61,647 nucleotides of DNA, from positions 1 through 61,647 of the forward strand of contig JALJEE010001547.1 of the NCBI GenBank assembly GCA_023231475.1, in the 5' to 3' direction. This document shows, piece after piece, positions 35,579-48,678 of this stretch; position 1 is the stretch's first letter, and every line of letters begins with the position of its first letter. The translations under genes were made by a program, and so were the position numbers. The stretch is from Seison nebaliae. Taxonomy: Eukaryota. The notes beneath the pieces were generated by a model that was given only the letters and a program-made list of their open reading frames with translations, had not been told where the DNA came from and did no database searches.

Positions 35579-38500
35579 ATGAATCCTAATTATCAGAATG
35601 TCGATCTTCCAAATCTTAATATTAATGACGAAAGTTATTAACTTTCATTTATGTCTTTTATTCATCTTCATTAATGAAAAGTTGCTAAGATTTGTAATAA
35701 ATTAACGGAAGAAGCGAACGGAAAAATATCATCTTATACGGTTCTCTTTGGAGATTTAGTTTGATTTGTTTCCCTTCTCAATCTCATTCACGATCCATTC
35801 ATCAAAATTTTAGACGAAAGAGGTGGATAGTTTAACGAAGAAATTGGAGACTAAAACTATTCAATTCACTAATATCAAGAAACAATCGATTAAACTTAAA
35901 CATTCTATCAAATATAACGAGAAAGGTTGAGAACAAGAGATTGTCATATTCATCTTCCATAACCTCATGTAGATATTGCACACGAAATATTAATTTCGAA
36001 TGAACAACGTTTGAAAGATCTGAATGAAGAGATAGAAGAACGACAAAATCTCGAGAAGAATTTAGACGAAGAGATTGAAGAAAGAAATAGAAAATTAAAT
36101 GATCGCAAGTTCTTCTTCAAATCCTTCGCACCAATCTTTCATTGAAAGTTATTAGAAAAGTCATCAATGATTTAGCAGGAAAGTTTAATGAATCGATTAA
36201 CGAGTATAACGATCGTTTGAAAATTAAAACTGAAAAAGAAATTTATTTGAATGAGAAAATTGAATTGATTGAAAGAATGAATGAGAAGGTCTTCATAATT
36301 ATCATAATTATATGTCATCCCATCGTCCTATAGATAATTGAAATCGATGTTGGCATCGTAAATTTGAAGGAGGATATCATCGATTATGAAAAGAAATGTC
36401 GGAAGCAAATTGAGAAATTGAAAGGGGAGACTGTTAAATTTGTTTTTTTTTTTTAAATGAAATTATATTTATGGAATCCAAAGGAGGATAACGGGAAGAG
36501 ATTAGCAATTCTAATAAAAAAATATGCTTATGAGAAAAAGTTGGTGAAATTTGAATATCTACAAAATTTCCATTCGATTATCTAGTATTATGGACGAAGC
36601 GATTTTCAATGAGAGTGAGAAACGAAGTAATCTCAGTAATGTGAAAGATGTTTCAATTTCAAATTTCCTTCTCATTTCATTTATCTCAATTAGACAATTC
36701 AACAATTGACGAGACAAATCGAATCGTGTCGATTACAGAAAACTAATTTATCCACATCTTTCGATCACCTAATCGAAGAAGTTGCAACATCGAATAAATT
36801 ATAGTTAATTTATCCCGACGGGAATTTGATTAAAAAAAAATTTTTTTAATTTCCAACAAATTTTTTCTCTTCTCCTTTTTTCCATAGCGAAATCAAAATG
36901 AAAGAATTTAATGACTATAAAAAGAAGACGACTGAACGAATGAATTATTTGAAAAGAACAATTGTGGAAGTGAGTTGAATTGATAATAAAATAAATTGTT
37001 TCATTCTTAAATGAAACTTACATTCTTCACAGAATAAGAAGGAGATTGAATTGGTGAAGAAGAAAGTTGAGAAGGATCGAATGAAAGAGAATAAATTAAC
37101 TCAACAATTGAAGTCATTGGAACAGACTCAAAATAAGTCGACAGGAGAACGAGATCGTCAAACGAAAAAGTTTCTTTCTCACAAATATTTCTCCATTTGT
37201 TTAGGAGGAGAGAGAGAGAGAAATCGATCATTTGCCTGATTAGGCAATTACGATAAACCATATTATGGATTTGGTAAAGAATAAAGTTTCCACTAAAAAA
37301 AAATCCGATTTCCTCGTTCAACTTGTGAAATTTTGTACGTTCAATGATTGGTGAATCATTCTTTATCGATTTTTTTAGAATTCCCAATTGAAAACTTATT
37401 GATATTTTAATTTCTCATCGAATTAACTTTTTTTTAGATTTCAACAATTGAAAGATGAATTAATGAAAGTGACGGAGGAGAATGTTGAATTGAGTAAAAG
37501 AATTCGATCGACAAATCAAGAAATTATTGAGAATAAACAGAAACACAGGTTCCATTTGAAATGGAAGATGATTTCTCATCACTAGAAAATAGTATATCGA
37601 TGAGTGGGAAGAAGAATGAATTGAAAATGATCACGACGAAATTGAACGAGATAAAAACACGACGAGAGAATCTTCAGAAGAAAATTATTAATCTTCAAGA
37701 AAAAAATGGCGATTTCAAATCGGATAGTGAGAGAAGATATGGAGAGAAAGCAAAAAAGTTATTGGAATTGAAAGATGATTATACTCAAATTCGTCAAGAC
37801 GTTACAAATCGCTATTTCTTATTTGGATGATGATAAATTTATGATGAACAGTGGAACGAGGAAGATCAATCGAAAAGAGATTATGAGAAGAGTATAAAAA
37901 TCTTCAGAAAGTTTTATGATGAATCACAAAATAATCTTCATTCATATCATAAGAATTATGAAAAAATTGACAGTTTTCCTCTCATCATCTCATCTTCATC
38001 GTAAATTTAAATGGAATTTAAGGAATTTTCGACCAATTGTTGTCCCAACAATATCGTCTATTTACCATCTTCAAAATTCCAGTGACAGTTCAACAAGCGA
38101 AAAGTGTGAAAATAACAAGTATTAATTTGGAGATTATAAAAGAACGAGAAAACTTGGGAGGAATCTTACAAGGTTATTTCCACATACTAACCTTAAATCA
38201 TCTTCAACCAAAAATTAGTGAGTGAGAAGAAATTGGCTGAACGTAACAGAAAAATAGATGAGAATGAGAATTCTATAAAGAATTTTCAATATGAAATAGT
38301 TAGAATAGATTTGTGTATAAATGATTTCATTTTTTTTTAAAGGATCGATGTCAACATATGACGAAATTAACTAACGAATCCTTCCAAAAATTATCGTGTG
38401 ATAATAATGAAAGATTGAGGAAGATGGAGAATGAAATGAGTTTGAATGAAACGAAAATTTTCCAAATACTCAAAATGAACACTCTCATCCATCAGGTTCA

Positions 38501-38771
38501 TTTCCATATCCATATTTCTCCTATTGACTATGATATGTCTTAGAACATTCCCAAATTGGAAGAATATATGAATAAGTGGACGAATGTCAAATCATGGATG
38601 ATGGAAAAGGAAGAAATAAACGGAAAATTTATGGAATCGAATAATCAATTTGAATCGATAAAGAATACATTGAAAATGGTAGAAATTGAGAGTGAAAGAC
38701 GAATGAATTACGAGAATGATGTTGAGCGATTATTCATTCACTTTTCTTCAAACTGAACTTATCAGGTGTGA
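35579..38771 (+). CDS. Multi-exon long coiled-coil protein of unknown family (many short introns; 3' end at 38756 or 38771)
   Basis: Successive short K/E-rich heptad exons joined in frame by GT..AG micro-introns, e.g. MNPNYQNVDLPNLNINDE/IAKICNKLTEEANGKISSYT/TKEVDSLTKKLETK.../DIAHEILISNEQRLKDLNEEIEERQNLEKNLDEE. Not every junction was checked. Confidence 0.7.
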
Positions 38772-39687
38772 TTTCCATCACTTTATCCATATCCTTCAAC
38801 CATTCTAAATGATTTTTTATATTGGATTCAGCTGCATTCTCTAAAGTGGGCTCGAGACCGGGATAAACGAATTGACGAATTGTAGAAATATCAGAATTTG
38901 GTGTGTTTTTTAATGATTCTAAAATCTGTTTATTCCTCAATTTTCGATGATCAATATAACGTCTAATCTCATCCACCGGTTTCTCGATAATGTCACCATG
39001 TCCCGGATAAATGATTGATGGTTTTAACGATAATAATTTCTCTAACGAATCCATATATTGAGTGAGATTAACGAATACTGTCGTCTGTTTATCTCCCAAC
39101 ATACAATCGCCACTAAATAATGCATTCTCTTCAACTAATTGGAGACTGATATGATCGTCACAATGACCAGGAGTCTGTACCACTTTCAATGTAGTTTCGT
39201 CGTCCACTTTGAATAATTGATTGTGCTCAACATCCTTATAAAATTTCTCGAGATTTTTTTTCTTATAACTACTCTCGTATGGTAATTTATAGACGTTCGG
39301 TATATGTCGATTATTATTGAAGATTTGTTTGTCGGTAGAGGAAGAAGGAATATCGGAGGATTTTCTGGATGAAAGTGGAAATAATTTTTTGAATAAATCT
39401 CCAACTCCACCTTCATGATCATGATGATGATGAGTGACGATAATATCAGATATCGTATATTTCTTCCTCTGTAAATAATCAGTTAATAAATCGGTATATT
39501 TACTCACATTTTCGTCGCCACAATCTATCAATATTTTCTTCTCATTCTTCCCTACCAAATACGTGTTCGTTCCCTGCAATGTCATTGCACTAGGATTCTG
39601 TCCCAGTACTCGTTCTATTCGACTCGACAATTTTTTGATATTGTCCAACTTCGTTAATTGCATTCCGGCGATCATGATTCTTCTCAT
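38734..39687 (-). CDS. LACTB2: Endoribonuclease LACTB2 (metallo-beta-lactamase fold), intronless
   Basis: RVLGQNPSAMTLQGTNTYLVG, THHHHDHEGG, TPGHCDDH, LFSGDCMLG, IYPGHG, YIDHRKLRNKQI. Confidence 0.95.
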   Translation of the reverse strand: MRRIMIAGMQLTKLDNIKKLSSRIERVLGQNPSAMTLQGTNTYLVGKNEKKILIDCGDENVSKYTDLLTDYLQRKKYTISDIIVTHHHHDHEGGVGDLFKKLFPLSSRKSSDIPSSSTDKQIFNNNRHIPNVYKLPYESSYKKKNLEKFYKDVEHNQLFKVDDETTLKVVQTPGHCDDHISLQLVEENALFSGDCMLGDKQTTVFVNLTQYMDSLEKLLSLKPSIIYPGHGDIIEKPVDEIRRYIDHRKLRNKQILESLKNTPNSDISTIRQFVYPGLEPTLENAAESNIKNHLEWLKDMDKVMEITPDKFSLKKSE

Positions 39688-40022
39688 CGTGAAAGAAATG
39701 AGGAAGAGAAAAATAAAATGAAAAAGAGAAAATAATAAAGTGAAACATTTGATCTAATTCAATTGAATTTAAATGTGCTTCCCATCAATACGAACCAAAT
39801 GACAAGAAATAACACACAATTTATTCAATCATAATCGAAAGGGAGACACTTATCTAATATGAGTATAATATAAGAATTAAAAAAAAAAATTTTTCCCACT
39901 TCAATGTTAAGCGTTAAAATGGAGAAATTGAGAAAAAAACTTTTTGATAGTTTTTTTTAAAAAAATGGTGACTCTGTTTTATGAAATTATTATTAATAGA
40001 AAGAAATTGAATAAAAAATAAA

Positions 40023-41825
40023 TTAAACATAAGAGACAACAAATTGTCCGATTAATATCAGGACGCCAATGACGATGAGGAGAATATGGAATATGATGGA
40101 GCTCTTACTCGAATTATTCTGTAGTCGTTTAATTGTCAGATGGACGAGTATTGGAAGAGAGAAGACGTAAACGAGTCCGCAGAAACTGCCGAAATAACGA
40201 ATGACTAGACCGATGTGTGGAATGAATCGGGCGAATGTCACACAGATGGCGACGATGATGATATTGAATGCGATGATGGAACGATGATTTGGATAGATAT
40301 CGTTGAACATGAGATGCATTGTTTGCACTCTCATAATGTAGACGATGAGAGGATAGACAGATATCATTTGAAATAGGAAGACAACTCGTCCAATTGTCGC
40401 TAACACATCAGATGTGTAGAAATTATTTAATAGATTATCTTCGATGCAATTGTGTGTGAGTGGAAATGTGATGTAGAATACAATTCCAATTGTCAGATAA
40501 GTGAGACAAACGAGAATATAAGCGATACCCAAATCACGTTTATTATTTTGTGGTTTCTCTTGATTTCGTACAATTGTTAGAATACATGCATGAATGAAAT
40601 AAGCCAAGAGTAGAATGCCGGTTAAAGAAGGGAATTTGTAATTTGCATATACCACTCGAATATCTGTCGTTTGTAATTGGAATCCCCAACCAACTCCTTT
40701 CACTATAACAAAAATGACGAGATAACCAATCGATACAATTCCTTCCATAACATCAAATATTCATTAGACAAATTATAAAAGAAAAAGAAAACCGACTGCA
40801 TTGAATTTGAGGAAGAAGGATGGATTCTGTAAACTGATCAATGGGAAAAGAAGAGCGACTAAATATAAAGGACATGTCTTCTCTCGATCCCACAAACGAT
40901 AAAACCACACATCCTTCCCTGTTTCTTTCCACAATGAATTGATGGGATGTGAAGGACAAATAACTAGAAAGGAATTTTCAAACACATAAAATAAATTGAG
41001 GTATATGTATAACCACCGGAGGAATTGTCAGTTAAATAGTGTAAATTGAAGTGGTTGATAGGAGGGTATATATCCGTCGAATTTGAACCATGTTCAATAG
41101 AAGCTTATCAATTAAAAAATGAAAAGAAGTCAATTCCAAAACTAACTGTACATATAAGTGACGAGAGTATAAAGGAAATTACTCATGAGAATCCAATAGA
41201 CAATGGCACCGCCTAATATTGATAATAAACTGAAAGCCAAACTGGCCAATTCTCCAGTTCGACCGAAATAATATTTGCAGATATCAGTAAATTCAATAAT
41301 ACTCGTTCCTGGAATATGAACCGCATTTCTACTCTCCAAAATGAGTGTACATGTATAGAAACAGATAGCACACATCGTCAGAATGATGATGACTCCCAGA
41401 ACTAAACCAGCTTGATCGATAGCCCATGGCATGTTTAGTAACGACGTTCCCATCATCGTATTCCAAATGGCAAAAATTGTCACAAAACTTTTTTGTTTAT
41501 TCATATTCTCTTCTCGATGTGAATGTCGATGAGAATCGTTGGATGAATAATTCGTTCCATAACCCGTACTATAAGAGAGAAGATAATCGTCCGAACTTGT
41601 CACCGAACGATCTTCATCCTAAATCGACAATGAATAAGAATATAGAAATACAAGAATAAAATCAGTTTTAACTTCTTCGTTAATTCTCCCTGAATGATTT
41701 CCATAAATTAAGGGACAATTTTCGTTTATCATTCTTTCGTCATCATCATCGTTCGGAAGATGGGAGATAATTGCGGAAGACGAGGTTGATTCGTCGCTGC
41801 CAATTCCATTAAATTTCAATTTCAT
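40023..41825 (-). CDS. SLC38A9: Lysosomal amino-acid transporter SLC38A9, multi-exon
   Basis: VTIFAIWNTMMGTSLLNMPWAI, GAIVYWILMSNFLY, FFLKFNAVG, FPSLTGILLLAYFIH, NNKRDLGIAY, CIEDNLLNNF, FLFQMISVYPL; first intron 41619-41672. Confidence 0.93.
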
Positions 41826-42420
41826 TATTTTCTCACCAACAACAATTTAAGTTTCATTTACGAATTTATTTCATTTTCACATACAACTTATCACGTTCAT
41901 TGTGGAGGGAACGCTTGTTATGTCTTTTTCTAAATAAACAACATTCGCCTTATGATCTATCGTATGCAGCCTACCGTTCAACAAGTTCTCATAAGAATCG
42001 ACGTGCAAACTCTTCACTTTCTACTTCTAATTAATTAAACATTCATTCAAATTTTCCAATTTTTAGCACTTTAATTCCATCATGTCATTAACCAAAGAAT
42101 AAACATTTTTTTTTAAATTAACAAATCAATTAACATCAAATTAAGAAATAATCGAGTAATCTATTAATGTCCTCTAAACCTAAATAAAAGATATATTATT
42201 TTAAATAATTTATTTACAATATATTAAATCTTTCATAATAGATATTAAGTATTAGGTATTAAGTATTTCTTGAAAACTTAAAATTACTTAACTTAAAAAA
42301 CTTTAAAAAATATTTGTTTCATTAAAGAGAGCGGTATTGATAAGAACAATGTATTTCGTTCTCATCCAACTGATTTTCAAAAACCAGACATCACAATTAT
42401 ATTCGAGAACAGCCAATTTT

Positions 42421-42446
42421 TGTTCGTGTTCGTGTGAACAGCACTA
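42421..42446 (-). repeat. Dispersed TIR-like motif (TAGTGCTG...), also at 54281-54306
   Basis: Reverse complement tagtgctgttcacacgaacacgaaca vs tagtgctgtccgaacgaacacgaaca, 23 of 26 identical. Confidence 0.55.
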
Positions 42447-42868
42447 GCTATCATATATCCATACCATATTCGTGAAAAACATGAGAAATAATTGTTTGAA
42501 TAATGTTTAATGAATTTTAAAAAAATAATTTTCTTTTTGAAAATTTGAATGAGATAGAAGAAAGATGATAGGAAAGATATTAAAATAATTGAATTAGTTG
42601 ACCGGAGAAAGAATGTTCTCAAATTATCTCATCGTTTTGGAATGAGGATAAAGAAACTGAATTGGTATGAGGTCCACAATGGTTATACGAATGATCATGC
42701 CGGTTTTTATTTCTCGTAGGAAGAGAATAAGAACAAAAAAAATATGCCAGATGGAATGGTTTTTATTAAATGTGTATGAAAGTGTGGAAGAGGAATATCT
42801 TTAGAAAAAGTAAAAAAAACATATATTTGAACTTTTAACGAATAACAAAAAAATTAAATTAGACATTT

Positions 42869-45377
42869 TCAATGTGTTCCTGGCCAAGGGAAATCTTCTT
42901 CGTTGTCGTCGGATATTTGTCTTGAATTCGATTCATCAATTCCCCCATACGACAATGGAACCATGTTGGTGTTACTTTCAGATCTGAAATTGGGATATCC
43001 TTGAATTCTCGATGATAATGTATTGGTTCGGGTACAATCGGCACTATCGATACCGACATTGAGTGGAAGTTTAACGAATTCGATAGCCTCTTTCATTAAC
43101 GTCGATTCTTTGTACATTGCACAACTCAACAATTGTTCTTCGACAATACTCTAAGAAAGAGAAGATAATTAGGAAATAGAAATGCAATTTAAATTTGAAG
43201 GGAATTGAAATAAACTGATAAATTTTTGAAGAAGATATTGAGACATTTCTCATCCGTTTTCTTCTGTGTCGATGAGAGTACGAGCAATTGTTCAACTAAT
43301 TGCATTAGCACTTGAACAGTGGTCGAATCAAGAATGTGAATGTTCTCACATTCGAAAGTGATGGCGTCGATATCGGAATTAGATTTTTTTATTTCATCTT
43401 CCATCACTTTTGTATCGATGATGAGTTCGTTGGCTGATTGAAGTGTTTCTTTTCGAGGTGTCGATTCTATATCGACGTTATTATTCAATAAAGACGTGGC
43501 AGCATGTTCCATACAATCGTTCTTGAATAATAATCGTGGTGAGTCATCATTTTTGGTGATAAGGGAACGATCTTTTCCATTCACATTCTCCACATATTTA
43601 TTCATAATCGTCGAACTGAGATATTCGATGGAAGCGAATGTCAAATGTTTCTCTTGTAAATACACAACTAATTCCGTGTCGATTAACTCAACTTTCAAAT
43701 GTCGTGGTCTAGACAACCGATATAACATGATGAGTAATACGAGAGTGAATCCAGCCAATATTCCATATTCCAATTCATAAAGACAAACGAGAAAGGTGAC
43801 ACACCAACAAATAAATTCGAGCTTCGATGAAATAGTATGATTTCCTTTATTTGATCGTTGTTTCATTAATTTTAATGGATAATCGAAATCCACCATATGC
43901 AACACATTGACGATGACGACGGCGGCGAGTGAACTTGTTGGAATGTATTTCAACGGAGCAGTAAATCCAGCCAAAGCAACAATCATAAATAAACCTGAAA
44001 AATTGATGAATAATCAATTATGATAAGGAAATTTAATTAACTGGTCAATAACGCCGTTAACGGTGTTTTAGCACCACTTTGATGTTGGACGGCACTACGT
44101 GAAAAACTGGCAGTGATTGGATAAGCACCAACGAACGATCCCATACAATTGATTAATCCGGTAACGAAAATTTCACGATTTGTATTAATTAATTTAGTTT
44201 CATATCGACTGAAAGCTTTCACTATCGCCAACATTTCTAATATTCCCATCAATGGTACGACGATCAATCCAGAAGAGATCTTCCCACAAATATGCCAAAA
44301 TGATGTCGTCTTATTACTGACTTGGTCATAAATATTTAATTCTGGTGGTTTAATCGATGGCAATCCCGATGGCACATCACCAGCTATACGAAAATGTACT
44401 TTCGGATACATTGTCGTTATGGCGACTACGATCGCTGCACCGAAAATGACCACTAAAGCATTCTTACCAATACCAAGAAACCAGATGAATTTCCGAGCTA
44501 TTATTATCGATCGTTCTCCATGAGACTTACATTTACTTATCACCAACGGGTTATTCTTTTCCCATTTCGCCACTTGTCTTGACAAGAACTGTCCAATACG
44601 ACTCAGATAGACCAATCGCGCAATGAGATGAGAAATAATTAACTTTTAATCCGACGAGTAGAACTACACAAAATATACCGAGACACATATCCGCCACACT
44701 CGTCTCTTTGATGTGTTTGAATGTGTAAATGATTTGTGGGAAGAAACCTTCGGCGAAATGTAGAAATCCGAAGAAATTCTAAATAATAATAAATTTTGAA
44801 AAAATTTTTTGTATGAAAAGTTTAACTTTAAATTGTGTTACAGTAATTGTGATGGCGGCGGCGGTAGTAAATCCGCGAATAACTGGTAAAGGAATAAAAT
44901 TGAGAAGGAAACCTAAAACGACGGAATTATAATGGAAATGATGAATAAAAGAATGGAACCTAATGACGAGATTGCAATCAACATTTGAACGATACCTGTA
45001 ACGAAAGCGAGAAGGATTGCATATTGTGGTGCAGTAGCTGCTGATGGTGCAATATTTGTAGCATATGATAAAGTCAAGATAGACATGATAGATGTTGCTC
45101 CAATATTCAAATCTTTACATGAACCGAAGAACACGTAAATTATTCCGGGAACGATGGAACAATACAATCCATATTGTTGTGGTAATCCAGCGATTTGAGA
45201 GAAAGCTAATCCCGCCGGTATCATCATCAACGTGACAGCAACAGCTGCAATCAATTCAGGTATGATGTCCATCAACGAATACAACGGTACCCATTCCATA
45301 AAGGGGAAAATGATTCGAGCAGTTCGTTTGAGCCAACGAACATTTCGTCGATTTGAACAACATGTTTGTCGTCGCAT
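42869..45377 (-). CDS. SLC26 family anion transporter (SLC26A11-like) with STAS-like C-terminus, multi-exon
   Basis: IPAGLAFSQIAGLPQQYGLYCS, IYVFFGSCKDLNIGATSIMS, YPITASFSRSAV, GAKTPL, YIPTSSLAAVVI, ILDSTTVQVL; last exon joins via GTTTAT..TAG to ...FPWPGTH*. The 5' end may extend (CAG directly before the ATG). Confidence 0.9.
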
Positions 45378-48300
45378 CTGATTCGGGAGATAATAATAAT
45401 CAAATAAAATGAAGAATAGATAAAAAGTATGACGAGAGTAGCGAATGCTAAAGAAGAAGAGAGGAATGTTAACATCGAAAATTCAACAAAATTCTGTTAC
45501 TTTAATGTGAAGGCAGCAGCTGCAAATCAAAATAAAAATTGAATCCATCTCTCTCATTTGAGGAATGAAAAAGAAAAAAACTTTCGAATTTTCATGAAGA
45601 TGATTTATCTTAAACATAATTCCCTTCCTTCCCAATGAACAAACAACAACAACAATAACACAACACTCGTTCTCAAACAAATCAGTTGACTGGATTTTGG
45701 TGATGAGGAGAAATGTGAAGAAAGAAATTTTTTTTTTTTCGTTTCATCAATTTCAGAGAGAATTGAACACATTGAATGATAAAGGAAAAAGATATGAGAG
45801 TGTTTTGAGACAGAATGTGATAGATTTGTCTCATCTATTTATAGATTTGATCATTATTAAAAATGAATTGATGATGAATGAAGTCTAGACAGTAAATAAC
45901 CTAATTGTGATGAAAATCGTGAAGCGTAATGCTCGATATCACCATCTTTCAATTCTTCCTATGTCAATTCTTGTCTTATCAATGACTCTATTTTTATATC
46001 ATCATTTATGCCGTTCATCACTTTAACGAAAATGAGGAGGAAAGTTGTGACGGATCTTTTCCTTTCTCGTGGAATGTAAATAAAGAAGAGAATTCGAACG
46101 ATCATCTTTGTCGTATGATGGTGCACAGAACGTTATCACCTCATTCCTCTACATACATTATCGAACAACACATGGAAAACTCACCGAATAAAAGTGAATG
46201 TCCTTTCAATAAATTTCATCAAATATCTTCCAATAACAATCGATCAGAGATGCGTTAAATTAACTATTATTTGTGAGTCTCATCAAATTTTTCTCTTTAT
46301 TTATTTGTTGAGTAGATAAATATCTTAACTAGAAGAAGGACATGTTTCGTACGATAACATTTTTCTGCTCCGTTTCATTGACCATCATTCATTTCCTAAG
46401 AAAATCAATATTTTTGCACCTCTCAACTAATGTTCTGCTCGACTTCACTCTTTACTTATTCGGATGACGTTCCAAACTTGCATCGTTCCCCCAAAATCAA
46501 AAATGACTCGAATTACCATTTTCTTTATCGAATTTCCTTTTTACGAACATTTCTTTAATTTAACATCATCAAACTTCGTACCAAATTTGAAAGGATCGAC
46601 GACCTTATCGATCGTCAATGAAATTTATTTAAAAAGAATTTTTTTATTTTAAGCAATTTTAAAGAAATTTCTATTTTTGTTTATTACGAAGAAAGTCGTT
46701 TGACGACGATCATAATGTCGGTACGAAGTCGTCTTCTTTGTTTGACGAATGGAAATGACATTAATTTACTTAAAAAAGTTTCAAGTTAAATCTGATAATT
46801 TGGAAAAGTCGAATAGTTTTTTGTAAGAGAAAGAGTTGATTTAATCAAATTCAATTGTAAATGCGACTCAGATAAATATTTCTGACAATTTTATTCATAA
46901 TCTAAACACTGTTTATAAACAGACATGTCGATCATCTGAAAGTAAAACATAGAGAAAAAATTCGTTTTCTTAATAGATTGATATTCGGATAAAATATGAA
47001 GGGATTGGTGTCAATTGTGTACATCGTTCATCAATTTCCATTTTCTAACAAATCATAAAGAGGAAATGTTGATTATGAAGGAAAAAAATTGATAAATTTC
47101 TCTTTTGATTATTATTAATAATTAATGTTCTTATCACCAAAATGACAATGGTGAAGATGATGATTTGGTCAAACATCAAATATTAATCCCATATTCAATC
47201 ATTACACATAAACTCATCATTTCCTTAAGAACAACTGACATCAACATTTCATGTTTATTTTATCAGTTTTTTTCGCAGTCACATGACTTACAAATTTTGT
47301 TAGTCCACAGTCAATGAAGATGGGAACTATTAAAACTTCTGTTCTAAAATTTAGCATTTTTCATTCAAAAATTTCATATTATTTTCTTCGAAAATTTCAA
47401 ATTTCTTTCCATCATTTTTTCTAATATTTAGTTATGATTTCTTCATCGAATGTAATTGTGTTAGCGAAAAATTCAAAATGTCATAAAGACAAAGCCAATG
47501 TTTATGAAATATTCAAATCATTTACTCAACACAAATGATGAATGGAATGAATTGTATTTGAGCCAGTCAATTTTATCTAGTTGTTGAGAGTAAATTTCAA
47601 AAATTATTTCTTTTAAGCAACAACAACTTTTACATGTCCTATGAAGATTTCCTTCTCGTCAAACAACATTTAACAAGTAAATTATTTTTAAATGAATAAT
47701 TTTATTTTTATTTATAGGAGAGAAATGGTTTGACATCCAATTCTTAAATTATAATGATATTGATTTCTTGATGGCATCTCGATTAGTCGCTGATGATGAT
47801 CATGAGAGGAACGGCGAAAGGTTTGACGTCAGGGATGTAAAGAAAATGAAATTAACCGTGGACGACGAGAAGAGAATTGAAAGTTTTATATTCTTCATCA
47901 ATATTCACACCGAAACCGGTTTGCCATACAAGGCGTTACATCATCATAAAGAAATAATGAAATCAAAAAAATTTAATGCTCATTCAAACAAGTTCTCATT
48001 TTCACTTCTTAATTTCATTTCTTTTCAAAGATTCTTTCAAGTTCTACTCGATGCTAATGGCAATTATTTTTATTATCTTCTTCAAAATGAAAGTTGAAGT
48101 ATTGTTCTTGTCAATTGAGAATTAGCTGAATGTGAAAATAAATTTCCATGAGCTGCATTCGAATAATTGGACTAAATAAAAGATCACCATCGAATGATTA
48201 AATTTTAAAAAATCAAATTTTTCTATTACTGATAAAATAGAAATTTAAAAAAAGTTTGACCAATTTCTTTATTCAATTCATCGGATATTGAGCTTTTTTC

Positions 48301-48389
48301 CAATTATTCAAATGAACAGTTCGATAATCATTGGAATGATGGAAAAAGGATATTCGTTGAAATTTTGAAATTTATTAAAAAATTTACTT

Positions 48390-48555
48390 ATCCTTCTTAC
48401 AAGTACTTTCCAAAGAACTACACTTACATACCGGCTGAGATTAATCTGAAAATTTCTTAAAATAAACTAACAATAACTAATTGTAAATTATTTATCATGA
48501 TATGAGAGGGAATAACTTTTCCAGATGGTGCATATTTTGTGCACAATTTAATTAG
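48390..48555 (-). repeat. Second copy of the decayed repeat at 5690-5835
   Basis: Two shared sequence blocks in the same order and orientation as at 5690-5835. Confidence 0.6.
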
Positions 48556-48678
48556 TCAAAATAATCAGTTAACCAAATGTTAATAAGAACTCCAAGATAG
48601 CGCCAGCAAAGTTCAAAGAATCAGAGAGTAATGAACAGAGATTGACAAATCATTGGTGCAGTAAATTGGTGCATTATG

